From: Myxococcales bacterium
Lineage (GTDB): Bacteria; Myxococcota_A; UBA9042; JABWCM01; BTVJ01
Assembly (NCBI GenBank): GCA_045863395.1
Contig: BTVJ01000014.1
Coordinates: 64,001 to 128,000 of the forward strand
DNA: 64,000 bases
Direction of reading: 5' to 3'
Part shown: one piece after another, positions 37,469 through 47,900 of the stretch
Numbering within the stretch: the first letter of the stretch is position 1
Layout of the letters: every line of letters begins with the position of its first letter
Program-made: the position numbers and the translations under genes
Notes under the pieces: generated by a model
Databases searched by the model: none
Told to the model about the DNA's origin: nothing
The model's input: the letters and a program-made list of their open reading frames with translations, nothing else

Positions 37469-40039
37469 ATGAGCCGCTCCACGCTCCGCTCGGCCCTCAT
37501 CGCGGTCCTGCTGGTGGCCTCCACTGCCCGCGCCGATGTCATCGCGGTGCAGGGGCTGCTGCGGGACACCGGCGGCCAGCCTCTGTCCCAGACCTCGTTC
37601 TCCGTCACGTTCCGCGTGTGGTCGGCGCAGAGCGGTGGGTCGGTCCTCTATACGCAGGCCGTGCCAGGGCTGGCCGTGGACAAGGGCGTGTTCGACGCCG
37701 AGCTGGGGCCGCTCCCGGCGGGCCTGTTCTCGGCCAACCTCCAGACCTGGCTCGAGGTGCAGGTGGACGGCGAGACGGCGCTCCCGCGGACGCCGTTCCG
37801 GTGGACGCCCTACGCGCTCCACGCGGGGCGAGCGACCCTGGCGGACGCCGCCTCGGCCCTGAGCTGCTCCGGCTGTGTGACGACGAGCCAGGTGGCCTCA
37901 AACGCCGTCGGGAGCGGCGCAATCCAGGCGCAGTCGGTCACAGCGGCCAAGATCGCTCCTGGCGCTCTTGAGTCGCTGGGGTTCGTCAAGCTCACCAACC
38001 TCGCGGACGTGGCGCTGTCCGGCAGCTACCTGGATCTCTCCGACGCCCCGGACCTGGCCGCCTATGCGCGGAAGGACGCGACCAACGTGTTCACGCAGCC
38101 CCAGGGGTTCACGGGCCAGGTGACGGCGTCCGGGGGCCTCCTGGTGGCGGGCGGCACAGCCGATGTCACCGCGGTCGTCACCAAGGGGCTGCGCGTGGAG
38201 GGTGCCGGGAGCGCTCCCGCGGCCTGCAACGGGGCCGCCGCCGGGCGCGTCTACTTCGACACGGGGACGAAGCTGCTGCAGGTGTGCGATGGCACCGCGT
38301 GGAAGCCGGTCGGGGCGGCGGGGGCGCGGGCCATCCTGTCGATGGCTCCCGTGGCGACGGACTTCGGCAAGACGACGAGCGCGGTGTCCAAGTCCATCGC
38401 GATCACGAACGTGGGCGACGCGGCGGCCACCGGCCTCGCGCTTTCCGCCACGCCGGACCAGGGCTTCACCATCGCGTCCACCACCTGCGGGGGCACGCTG
38501 GCGGCTGGTGCGTCGTGCGCGGCGACCGTCACCTTCAACCCTGGCGGGCTCGTGTCGGGCGCTCACGCGGGTGCCCTGGCGGTCGAGTCCGCCACCGCCG
38601 CATCCACCGCCGCCGTCCTGACCGGGACCGCGGGCGTGCTCCTGGGCAACACCCCGTCAACGGCCGCGGAGAGCTGCCTCGCGATCCTCCAGGCGGGTCA
38701 GACGGAGAGCGGGGTCTACTGGCTCGCGCCCGCCGACGGCGGCCAGGCGCAACCCTTCCAGGTCTACTGCGACCAGGCGTCCGACGGGGGCGGCTGGGCC
38801 CTCGTGCTGAACCAGGTCGCGACGACCTACTACACGCTCCTGAGCCGCAACGCCGTCCTGACGACCCTCCAGACCCCCGGCGGGCACGAGCAGGTCCAGG
38901 CGATCTTCTCCAACGCGGCGGAGATCCGGTACACGGACACGGGGGGGACGGAGCTCCTCCACGCGGCCCTCGACGGACCCACGTACTGGGCCGCCCTCCA
39001 GAGCACGGTCTCCGTCCCCGTGCCTGTCACCTACCTGGCGGGGCCGCTCTCGGGCAAGGCGCGCAACATCGAGGTGCGCAACCTCTACCACTGGGGCCAC
39101 CGGCACAACGTCCCCTACGTCAACGGCGTCGCCACGAACGTGCTGGACGTCTACGGTGCGGGCTGTCTGCACACCTGCTGGGAGGACACGAACACCGTGG
39201 ATCGTGTCTTCGCGGGTGACCACTGCAACAGCGCCACGAGCCCGTCCTTCTGCCCCGGCACGAGCCCGGTCTACACCTTCCCGGCCAACTCCACGCGGGG
39301 CGGCACCTTCAACTACCGCAAGTGGGTGCGCGCGGCGCCCGTCTCGACGGGCCCCGGCACCTCCCAGGGCACTGCGGGCGCGAGCTGCCTGGACCTGCTC
39401 CAGAAGGGGGTCACGCAGAGCGGCGCCTATTGGATCAAGCCAGCCGGCGCCACGGCTGCGTTCCGCATCCACTGCGACCAGACCACACTCGGGGGTGGCT
39501 GGATGTTGGTGTTCAGCCAGGTGTCCTCCACCTACTACACGCTGACCAGCCAGAACGCCGACCTGGTGAGCCCGTCCATCGCTGGCGGCCAGAAGCAGAT
39601 CTTCACCATCCTGCCGAACATCAGCCAGATCCGGTACACGGACGAGGCCGGGACGACCTTCCTCCACGCCACCATCGACGGCCCGGCCTACGCCTCGGCC
39701 CTCCAGCAGTCCACGTCGCGGGCCGTCGAGGTGACGTACCAGGGGGGGCCCCTCGCGGGCAAGACCCGGTACATCGAGGTGCGCAACCTCTTCCACTGGG
39801 GCCACCGCAACAACACGCCGACGGTGGACGGCAAGCAGACGGCTGTCAACGACGTCTACGGCGACGCCTGCCGGCACGTGTGCTGGGAGGACACCAACGC
39901 CGTCGATCGGGTCTTCGCCGGGGACCACTGCCCGAGCGCGACGTCGCCGTCCTTCTGTCCGGCCACGGGGTCGTCCTACACGTTCCCGTCGAGCTCGACC
40001 CGGGGAGGGACCTTCAACTACCGGAAGTGGGTGCGGTGA
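37469..40039 (+). CDS. Exported fibre-like adhesin with an Ig-like domain and two fibrinogen-like (YCD...GGGW) domains
   Basis: AAGGAGG RBS, signal peptide, QGLLRD..G.P...TPYA domain, ITNVGD Ig-like domain, and two copies of SC..(I/L)...G.Y.....(Y/H)CDQ...GGGW. Confidence 0.82.
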   Translation: MSRSTLRSALIAVLLVASTARADVIAVQGLLRDTGGQPLSQTSFSVTFRVWSAQSGGSVLYTQAVPGLAVDKGVFDAELGPLPAGLFSANLQTWLEVQVDGETALPRTPFRWTPYALHAGRATLADAASALSCSGCVTTSQVASNAVGSGAIQAQSVTAAKIAPGALESLGFVKLTNLADVALSGSYLDLSDAPDLAAYARKDATNVFTQPQGFTGQVTASGGLLVAGGTADVTAVVTKGLRVEGAGSAPAACNGAAAGRVYFDTGTKLLQVCDGTAWKPVGAAGARAILSMAPVATDFGKTTSAVSKSIAITNVGDAAATGLALSATPDQGFTIASTTCGGTLAAGASCAATVTFNPGGLVSGAHAGALAVESATAASTAAVLTGTAGVLLGNTPSTAAESCLAILQAGQTESGVYWLAPADGGQAQPFQVYCDQASDGGGWALVLNQVATTYYTLLSRNAVLTTLQTPGGHEQVQAIFSNAAEIRYTDTGGTELLHAALDGPTYWAALQSTVSVPVPVTYLAGPLSGKARNIEVRNLYHWGHRHNVPYVNGVATNVLDVYGAGCLHTCWEDTNTVDRVFAGDHCNSATSPSFCPGTSPVYTFPANSTRGGTFNYRKWVRAAPVSTGPGTSQGTAGASCLDLLQKGVTQSGAYWIKPAGATAAFRIHCDQTTLGGGWMLVFSQVSSTYYTLTSQNADLVSPSIAGGQKQIFTILPNISQIRYTDEAGTTFLHATIDGPAYASALQQSTSRAVEVTYQGGPLAGKTRYIEVRNLFHWGHRNNTPTVDGKQTAVNDVYGDACRHVCWEDTNAVDRVFAGDHCPSATSPSFCPATGSSYTFPSSSTRGGTFNYRKWVR

Positions 40040-40102
40040 CGGAGACGAGCGCGGTGGCCGGTCGCGCTCCTCGATGGGCGCGGCTGCCCCTGCACACGCG
40101 GC

Positions 40103-40966
40103 TCATCTCCAGGTGGTCAGCGCCTCTCGGGTGCCGGTGTGCATGGTCCAGTGGCCGGTGAGCACCCACCCCATGCCGCGCTCGTGGTACATGGCGTAGC
40201 CGCGCTCGCCGAGCAGCGAACGCAGCTTCCGCTCCGTCCGGGAGCGCTCCGTGTCCAGCTTGCGCCACGCCTCGTGGACCGTCAGCTCGCGCCGCTGGAG
40301 CGCCGCCTGGGTCCGCTCGATGACGTCCACCTCGTGGTCCAGCAGGCGCTGGAGGTCTCGGCGGCCACGCGCCGACAGGTTTGCGTCCCGGGCGAAGCGC
40401 GCCAGGTCCGCGGCGCGGGCAGCCGTCAGCTCCTCCTCCTGCACGGCACGGTCCTCCTCCTCCCGTGCAGCCAGCTCCTCGCGGACGATGCGCCGCAGGT
40501 CCTCCTCCGTCGGCGCCGGGGGCGCTGCCTCGACCGGCTCCTCCAGATCGAGCAGGTCGGGCTCCTCGTCGTCGACCGCGATGTCGGGCTCCGGCGCAGG
40601 CTCGACCTCGGGGACTGGCACGGGCTGCGCGACCACCGGCGCAGGGCGGCTCGTCACCCGGTAGTACCGCTCCCCGGTGCGCGGGTCCTCCATCTCGTGC
40701 ATGGTGATGGCGCCGCGGCTCAGCTCGAGACCGGTCGGGATGCCCGGTCCTGCCTCGGGCTCGGGGCCCGACTCCCTCTCGGGCGGCGATGTCACCTCCT
40801 CGGCAGGGGGACCCAGGTCGGGGCCTGGCACGGGAGCGTCCGTCGGCGGGGCCTCGATGGCGACGGTGGTGGGGCCTTGGGGGGATGGCCGGTCGGTCAG
40901 TGACCAGATGGCCACGGCGGCGGCAGCGACGAACAGCGCCCAGGGGAGCACGACGCGCAGCTTCAT
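40103..40966 (-). CDS. Membrane-anchored hypothetical protein
   Basis: GAGGAGG RBS, N-terminal TM, Pro/Glu linker, helical C-terminus. Confidence 0.68.
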   Translation of the reverse strand: MKLRVVLPWALFVAAAAVAIWSLTDRPSPQGPTTVAIEAPPTDAPVPGPDLGPPAEEVTSPPERESGPEPEAGPGIPTGLELSRGAITMHEMEDPRTGERYYRVTSRPAPVVAQPVPVPEVEPAPEPDIAVDDEEPDLLDLEEPVEAAPPAPTEEDLRRIVREELAAREEEDRAVQEEELTAARAADLARFARDANLSARGRRDLQRLLDHEVDVIERTQAALQRRELTVHEAWRKLDTERSRTERKLRSLLGERGYAMYHERGMGWVLTGHWTMHTGTREALTTWR

Positions 40967-41066
40967 GCGGTCCTCCTCGGCCGGGTCACGCCGGCCTGCG
41001 AGCGACACCCGCTCCTGTCATGGTAGCACTCCTGGACGGTGATGCGTAGGCGGGTTCCTGTGCGCG

Positions 41067-41747
41067 TCAGGACGGCGCGCTGGCCGGGGGCGTGCCGGCG
41101 TGGGCCCGAAGCGCACCGACGAGCAGGTCGATGCCCACGTTGGCGGCGGCGATGCGCTCCGCGTCGGTCTGCACGAGCTGGAAGACCCGCTCCACGACGA
41201 AGCTCGCGAGCCCGTGGGCGGTCGCCCACACCGTCCGGTAGAGGTCCGCGACCCGGTCGTCGCCGGGCGGGAGGGCGGCGCGCCACCGCGCCAGGAGCTC
41301 CTCGCGGGCAGCCTCGGCTGGAGCGAGGCGCGCCCGTGCGTCCGGGACCAGGCCCAGCCCCTCCGTCGTCGGACGCGAGAACTGGAGCCTGAACCAGTGC
41401 GGGTTGGCTGCCGCGAAGCGCACGTAGGTCGTGGCGAAGCGCGAGATCGAGTCGAATGCGTCCCGCGCGCCGCTCTGGGCCTCCTGCTGTGCCTCCACGA
41501 AGCGCAGGAAGCCGCGCACCGCCACCTCTGCCAGCAGCGCCTCGCGGCTGTCGAAGTGCCGGTAGAGGGCTGCGTCGCTCACGCCGAGCCGCTTCGCCAG
41601 GCCCCTCATGGTGAGCGCGCCGTGACCCTCGCTCTCGACCATCGCCGTGGCCGCGACCACGAGCTGCTCGGCGAGGTCGCCGTGGTGGAAGCGCCCGGGC
41701 TCCTTGGGCCTTGGGCGCCCCTTGTTGACAGCGTCGGGGGATCTCAT
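41067..41747 (-). CDS. TetR-family regulator with WHG-type C-terminal domain
   Basis: FHHGDL, LTMRGLAKRLGVSDAALYRHF, WATAHGLAS. Confidence 0.92.
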   Translation of the reverse strand: MRSPDAVNKGRPRPKEPGRFHHGDLAEQLVVAATAMVESEGHGALTMRGLAKRLGVSDAALYRHFDSREALLAEVAVRGFLRFVEAQQEAQSGARDAFDSISRFATTYVRFAAANPHWFRLQFSRPTTEGLGLVPDARARLAPAEAAREELLARWRAALPPGDDRVADLYRTVWATAHGLASFVVERVFQLVQTDAERIAAANVGIDLLVGALRAHAGTPPASAPS

Positions 41748-41764
41748 GTTAGTGTCTCTAACAT
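41746..41764. promoter_or_regulatory. Palindromic operator between tetR and the divergent cupin gene
   Basis: ATGTTAG-TGTCT-CTAACAT, a perfect 7-bp inverted repeat overlapping the tetR start. Confidence 0.72.
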
Positions 41765-41832
41765 AGCACGGCAGTCCATCACACCATCCGGAGCGCAGCA
41801 TGTCATACTCACACGCGGACGCCAGTTCCAGG

Positions 41833-42480
41833 ATGCAGCCCGGGGGCGGTGGCCCGGGCGCCGGCCTCGCGGAGGCCGGTCCGCGCGGTCCGGGGGGGGC
41901 GGGGGAGGCACCACTCCCGACCGCCTGGACCCCGACGCGCTACGAGCTCGCCTCGAAGCCCACCGGGGAGCACTTCGCGTTCGTCGCATCGGCGCGCACG
42001 TCCCCGGACAAGCGCTTCCGCTTCGTCTGGACGCTGGCCGGAGGAAAGACCGGGCCGGGCGAGCACGTCCACGAGGAGGAGGAGGAGGTCTTCGAGATCG
42101 TCTCGGGCACCCTCAGGATCTGGATGAACGGTGTGCCGGGCGACTACGGACCGGGGCAGCGCTGCGTGGTGCGACGGGGCACGCGACACCGGTTTCTCAA
42201 CCCTGGGACGGTGCCGGCCGTGGTCAACGTGCACCTCGACGGGCCGCGCATGGAGGACGTCCTGGTCCCCGTCGCGGTCGCCGCCCATGGTCGCGCGCTC
42301 CGAGTCGGTGACCTGGCGCGCATGTTCTCAGGCTTCATCAGGCCGTACGCCTCGACACCGGTCGGGACCGTCGCGCCGGCGATCATGAGTGGGATCGTGG
42401 CGCTCCTCCGGTTCGCGGGGCTCAGGCCCCACCCGCCGGCCCACGGCTGGGACGCACCCGACCCGGTGGCACGAGGGTAG
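41833..42480 (+). CDS. Cupin domain protein
   Basis: EHVH...EEVFEIVSG and G..HRFLN metal-binding motifs. Start uncertain (41800 or 41833). Confidence 0.8.
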   Translation: MQPGGGGPGAGLAEAGPRGPGGAGEAPLPTAWTPTRYELASKPTGEHFAFVASARTSPDKRFRFVWTLAGGKTGPGEHVHEEEEEVFEIVSGTLRIWMNGVPGDYGPGQRCVVRRGTRHRFLNPGTVPAVVNVHLDGPRMEDVLVPVAVAAHGRALRVGDLARMFSGFIRPYASTPVGTVAPAIMSGIVALLRFAGLRPHPPAHGWDAPDPVARG

Positions 42481-42915
42481 GCGCGCCCGGACGCCACGGC
42501 CGCCCGGCCTGCGGAGCGCGTGGTCTCCGCCCCTCGTCTCGTGCTCTCCCCGCGGCCCGCCCGACGCATCGGCGCCGCCCGCAGTGGCCCAACCCCAGGG
42601 CTGCGCTCCTCCCCTGGCACCGGAGTGTGGCGTCGCGGTCGCGCGTGGGGGCGGCTCGTCTGCTGCGAGGGTGCTCCCGCGCGTCATCGGCTCCGAGCGG
42701 CGCCTGCTCCCGCCGGGAGTGCGGGCGCACTTGCGCGGAAGCCGAACCCGGGAGGGCCAAGGTGTCTCCCCCGGGGACAGCGCGCCGCGATCTGAGGTAG
42801 TCTCCACGCGCGCGAGCCCGCACGCCTCGCGACGGCCACGCCCCGCGCGCGAGGTGGCGCCCATGGCGCCGTGCGGGATCCTTGCGCGGCAGCCTGGAGA
42901 GGAGACCCCGACCCC

Positions 42916-44949
42916 GTGACCCGAGCCGCCCCCCTGCTGATCGCCGCCGCGCTCCAGGTTGCCGGCTGTGGCGCGATCCGTTTCGGGGAGCTGGACCCAC
43001 CGCCTGGGCGCCTCATGGTGGTCGGCGTGTCCCTGGAGGGCAACAGCGCGCTGTCCACGGGAGACGTGGAGGACCAGATCGCCACCTACTCAGAGAACTT
43101 CTCCATCACCGGGGACAAGCCTCTGCTCGATCGGGCCGCCCTGCCGGCGGACGCGCGCCGTATCGAGAGCATCTATGCGGCGAACGGCTACTTCGACGCG
43201 CGGGTCGTCGAGTATCGGGTCGTAGCGCGTGACGACAAGACCGTGCGGGTGCAGTTCCACGTGCAGGAGGGCGACCCGACGCGGGTGGCGGAGGTGCTCA
43301 CCGAGGGCATCGACGACACCGAAGTAGCGGGCGAGGGGGAGCAGGCGGTGCTCCTTCGGGAGGTGAGGGACAGGCTCCCGGACCTGATCGGCCTGGAGGT
43401 GGGGGAGATCTGGACGGAGGACGCGTGGCGGCTGGCGAAGGCGCGGGTCCAGCGCGCCCTCGTGGAGCGGGGGTTCGTCTACGCCGAGGTCATCGGCGCG
43501 GTCAACGTGGACCGGGACGAGCGCACGGCCGGGCTGGTCCTGCAGGTGTCCCACGGGCCGCTCACGCGTGTGAAAGACGTGGTCGTGCGCGGCTCCGTCC
43601 AGATCCCGCCGGAGCGCATCATGCGGCGCGTCGGGCTGGAGACCGGCCAGGTGGTGATCCCCTCTGCGCTGCGAGACACGGAGGTCGACATCTACGACCT
43701 GGGGGCGTTCTACTCGGTGACGGCGGCGCCCGTCCGCAAGTCCGCCGCGGAGCGGCTCGACGGCGCGCAGCCGACCCTCCAGAACCTGGAGGCCATCGAG
43801 TGGGACCCGGACGTGACCGTCGAGGTGGTGGTGCAGGAGATGCCGATCCACGAGGTGCGCGCGGGAATTGGCGCCGGCATCGACAACAAGCGGAGCGAGG
43901 CCTACGTCAGCGGCGGCTACCAGAACCGCAACCTCTTCGGTGATCTTCGCTTCCTCGACCTGTCGGTGGCCCCGTCTCTCATCGTGCTCCCGGGCTTCTT
44001 CGAGCCCACCAAGCTGGCACCTGGCTTGGACACGGGCGCCGTGTTCAAGCAGCCCTCCCTCCTCACGGAGCACCTGCTGTTCACGCTGACCGGGCGCTAT
44101 GAGCTGGAGGCCGAGCTGTCCTACCAGACCCACAAGGTGACGGCGACGCCCATGCTGTCGCACCGGTTCTTCGGTTTCCTGACGGTCTTTGTCGCGTACA
44201 GCGTCGAATTTCATAACTTCTTCGGCTTTGAAGACGCCAAACCGTCTCTGTCGCTGGAGGACACGCTGGGGCTCGCGTTTCGTGAGACCTATCTCATCTC
44301 CATGCTCCAGCAGGGGGTCGTCATCGATCTGAGGGACAACGTGTACGACCCCCGCAACGGGGTGTTCGCGTCCATCGCCGTCGAGGAGGCGCTGACGGCC
44401 ATCGGCAGCGACTTCCACTTCTACCGCCTGCTGGGCGACGTCCGGGGCTTCGTCCAGGCGGCCGACTGGCTGGTCTTCGGGGCGCGGGTCAAGGGGGGGC
44501 ACGTCTTCAACGACTACGGCGGAGAGGTGCCCCTCAGCGCGCGGTTCAAGGGGGGCGGCCCGTCCGACATGCGCGGGTTCGGCTCCCTGCGCATGGGGCC
44601 GGTGGTGTGCCAGAGCGACGGAAAAGTGACCACCGTGACCACCGACGACATCGGGTGCCCGGCGGGCTCCGGTGACCCCCTCTACGTCGGCGGGAGCACC
44701 ATGATCGAGGGGAGCCTGGAGGCCCGCGTCTACCTCCCGTGGAACTTTGGACTCGTGGCCTTCGTGGACGTCGGGGAGGTGTGGGCACAGGCGCAGGACG
44801 TGGACCTGGAGCTGCTCAACATCGCCGTGGGTCCGGGGCTCCGGTACTACACGCCCTTCGGGCCCATCCGCGCGGACCTGGGGTTCCTCCTGACGACCCC
44901 GAACCCCCCGGAGTTGGTGTTCCACCTCAGCATCGGGCAGGCCTTCTGA
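42916..44949 (+). CDS. tamA: Omp85-family TamA/TamL outer membrane protein
   Basis: POTRA motifs (LEGN, GYFDA, GFVYA), RFKGGG...MRGF, GLRYYTPFGPIRADLG, C-terminal SIGQAF; LQVAGC lipobox. Confidence 0.9.
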   Translation: MTRAAPLLIAAALQVAGCGAIRFGELDPPPGRLMVVGVSLEGNSALSTGDVEDQIATYSENFSITGDKPLLDRAALPADARRIESIYAANGYFDARVVEYRVVARDDKTVRVQFHVQEGDPTRVAEVLTEGIDDTEVAGEGEQAVLLREVRDRLPDLIGLEVGEIWTEDAWRLAKARVQRALVERGFVYAEVIGAVNVDRDERTAGLVLQVSHGPLTRVKDVVVRGSVQIPPERIMRRVGLETGQVVIPSALRDTEVDIYDLGAFYSVTAAPVRKSAAERLDGAQPTLQNLEAIEWDPDVTVEVVVQEMPIHEVRAGIGAGIDNKRSEAYVSGGYQNRNLFGDLRFLDLSVAPSLIVLPGFFEPTKLAPGLDTGAVFKQPSLLTEHLLFTLTGRYELEAELSYQTHKVTATPMLSHRFFGFLTVFVAYSVEFHNFFGFEDAKPSLSLEDTLGLAFRETYLISMLQQGVVIDLRDNVYDPRNGVFASIAVEEALTAIGSDFHFYRLLGDVRGFVQAADWLVFGARVKGGHVFNDYGGEVPLSARFKGGGPSDMRGFGSLRMGPVVCQSDGKVTTVTTDDIGCPAGSGDPLYVGGSTMIEGSLEARVYLPWNFGLVAFVDVGEVWAQAQDVDLELLNIAVGPGLRYYTPFGPIRADLGFLLTTPNPPELVFHLSIGQAF

Positions 44950-47900
44950 TGGCCCGGCAACCCAAGACCCCGAAGAGACGGAGCCGCCTCCGGCGGGTGC
45001 TTCGGTGGCTCCTCATCGGGTTGGGCTCGCTCCTTGGGCTCGTGGTGCTCGCGGTGGGGGCGGTGCTCGTCCTGCTCCACACGGACTGGGGCAGGGCGGT
45101 GGCCGCGCGCGCCGGCCTCCGCGCCCTCAACGACATGGTGCGCGGGGAGGTGCGCGTCGAGCGGCTGGAGGGGAGCGTCTTCGGGGGCTTGGCGGTCGTT
45201 GGTGCGGAGGTGCGGGACCCGGAGGGGGAGCTGGTCGCCAGCGCCGCCCGCATCGAGGTGGAGTGGGATCCCTGGGCGCTCCTCGGCGAGCGCGTGGCGA
45301 TCCATCGAGTGCGGGTGGTCGAGCCATCCTTCACGCTCGGTGACGCGGAGGGGCGCATCGCCGTGGCGCGCGCCTTCGAGCCGGTGAGCCCGTCGGTGTC
45401 CCCGCCGTCCACGGAGCCATCGGCCTGGGCGATCCTCGTGGAGCGCGCGGTCATCGAGCGCGGGACGTTCTCCATGGGGCCCGGCCAGGGAGAGCTGCAC
45501 GTCGCGGACCTGGAGCTGGATGTGGCGGTGTCCGTCGTCCTTGCAGGTGACCTCGTCTGGGAGGGCCTGGAGCTGTCGGCGACCATTCCCCCGGTCGGGG
45601 CCGTCCGGGTGGCCTCCAGCGGGCGCCTCGGCCCCGCGGGGCTCCGCATCGACGCCGCTCGGGTGGAGGCGGCTGGGAGCCGCGTGGTCGCGCGAGGGCG
45701 GGTCGGCACGCTGGACCGGCCCCGGGGCGACGTGAACATCGAGGCCCGGCTGGACCTCGACGCCGTCGCAGCCGCCCTCCCCGACGTTCCGCTCACGGGG
45801 ACCATGGACGTGTCCGGGCGCCTCCATGGGGGCTACGACGGCGCCACCCTGGCGCTGCGCCTCGACGGCGCCGGGGGGCACGCCACGGCGCAGGCCTGGG
45901 CGGCGCTGGCCTCGGGGGGCATGCGCTGGGAGGCGAGCGTTCAGGGGCGCAAGCTGGCGCCCGGGCGCGTCATGCGGGGACTCGACCTCCCGCTGGTCGC
46001 CGATGTGGACGTGACCGCGCGTGGCAAGGGGGGGATCCCCGCGGGGCGGGCCTCGGCGTCGGTGGAGCTGCTGCGACTCGAAGGAGCGCCTGCGCCGCCG
46101 CTGCCGCTGACCCTCGCGGCCACCCTCGACGACGGGCGCGCCAGGGCCCATGTGCGCAGCGCGGGCAAGGGGGTGGAGCGCGTGGACGTCTGGGCGGACG
46201 CGCGCATCGCCGAGCCCCGCGCGGGGCTGGAGAAGGGCGCCCCCGCCCGTGTGACCCCCGCCGCGGCGGCCCCCTTGGGCGGGACCGTCGGCTGGGACGT
46301 GCGCGGCCTCGACCTGCGCCTGATCGGAGCGCTCACGGGCATGCCGGACCTGGCAGGGCGCGTCGACGTGCTCTCGGGCGTCGCGAGAGCAGCGCTTCCC
46401 GATGGGGGGGCGCCGTCGGTCAGCGCGACGGTGGCGCTGACCGCTCACGAGGTGCACGCGCAAGGGGTGGACGCGGAGCGGGTGCAGCTCCGCGGGGCGG
46501 GCTCGTGGGCAGGGGGGCTGCCCGACGCCGCGGTGGACGTGACCGTGAACGGCGCGCGGGGGTACGACGGCGCCGTGAGCCGCGTGCGCGCGTCGGTCCG
46601 CGTGGCCGAGCGTGGCGGGGAGGCCCACGCCCGGGGGCGTGTCCGGGTGGACGACGCTCGCTGGCGGGAGGCCGCGGTGGCCCACCTCACGGTCCCCTTC
46701 GAGGCGACGAGCCCGCTGGACGCTCGGCGGCTCCCGGTCGGGCGGGTGGCCGTCTCGCTCCAGGACGCGCGCTTCGAGGAGCACTCCATCGCTACCCTGA
46801 GCACGGACCAGGTGCTCACTCACGTAGGTCGCTCGGATCGGACCACGGGGCCCCTCCGCGCCACGGGGTTGCGCAGCGGGGGGATGTCGCTGGCGTCCGT
46901 GACGGGGAGGGTGGGCGCCCGCAAGGGGGGCGTGACGGGCCTGGTGCGCATCGACGCCGCGCTGGCGGCTCTCGGTGCACGCCTCGGGCCCCATGAGCGC
47001 GCTGCGCGGGTTGGACTGGACGCGCGGGTGCGGCTGACGCCAGGGCGCGCGGGTGTCGCGGCGGAGGGCACCGTCGAGGTGCAGGACCTCCGGGCGGCGC
47101 GCCTCGTCCAGGTGGCGGCCGCCCGCGCTCGCTTCGATGCGGTGGTGGGGCGTGGCAACCCGGTGGCCAACGCCACGGTGCAGGCTACGGGGGTGGCGCT
47201 ACCCGAGCGCACCCTGGACTCGGTGGACCTGAGAGCCGCGTTGGCGGCCGACGGGAGGGTCAGCCTGGCGGGCTCGGCGCAGGGGGGCGATGTGCGCCTG
47301 TCCGTGGACGCGACCGGGGCGCTGCCACGCGGACCTCGGGACCCCATCGCCGTGACCCTGCGCGAGCTCCGCCTGGAGGGACCCGAGGCTGGCATCGCGT
47401 CGACGGGCTCGGCCACCGTGCGCATCGATCCCGGCGGCGACCTGGAGGTCCGGGGGCTGGAGCTTGCGGGTCTCGGCGAGCTCCCCGGGTCCATCGTCGT
47501 CGACGGGGCCTGGGGGCCCAGGCGCTTCGACGGGCGGGTGGACGTGCGCGCGCTCCCTGTCGCCCGCTGGGTGGAGGCGGCTCGCCACCTGACGGGCCTC
47601 GACACCATCGCGCTGCCGGGCGTCGAGGGCACGGTGACGGTGGAGGCGACCACGGCAGGACCCCCTGGGGCGCCAACGATCTACGCAAAGGTCGGGGTGG
47701 AGGGCGGCGCCGTGGGCGGCATGGACGGCGTGGGAGCGAACCTGGAGGCGTGGCTGGAGCCGGGGTGGGCGCACGTGAAGGGCCACGCCGCGTGGCGTGG
47801 CGAGAGCCGCATCGAACTGGACGTGCGGGTGCCCTTCGCTGTGTCCGCGGTGCCGCTCGCCTTCACCTGGGTGGAGGACCAGCCGGTCTCGGCGCGAGTC

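Noticed and set aside
38672..40036. Duplicated fibrinogen-like domains (period 711 bp) and the DUF1566 gene as possible diversity-generating retroelement template/target
   Set aside because: Differences between the copies are largely synonymous third-position changes rather than adenine-specific, both copies are in-frame coding, and no reverse transcriptase is in the window.
42481..42915. 435-bp intergenic region as a possible ncRNA or small gene
   Set aside because: No recognisable RNA motif, RBS-linked ORF or repeat was found; an Rfam search would be needed to exclude it.
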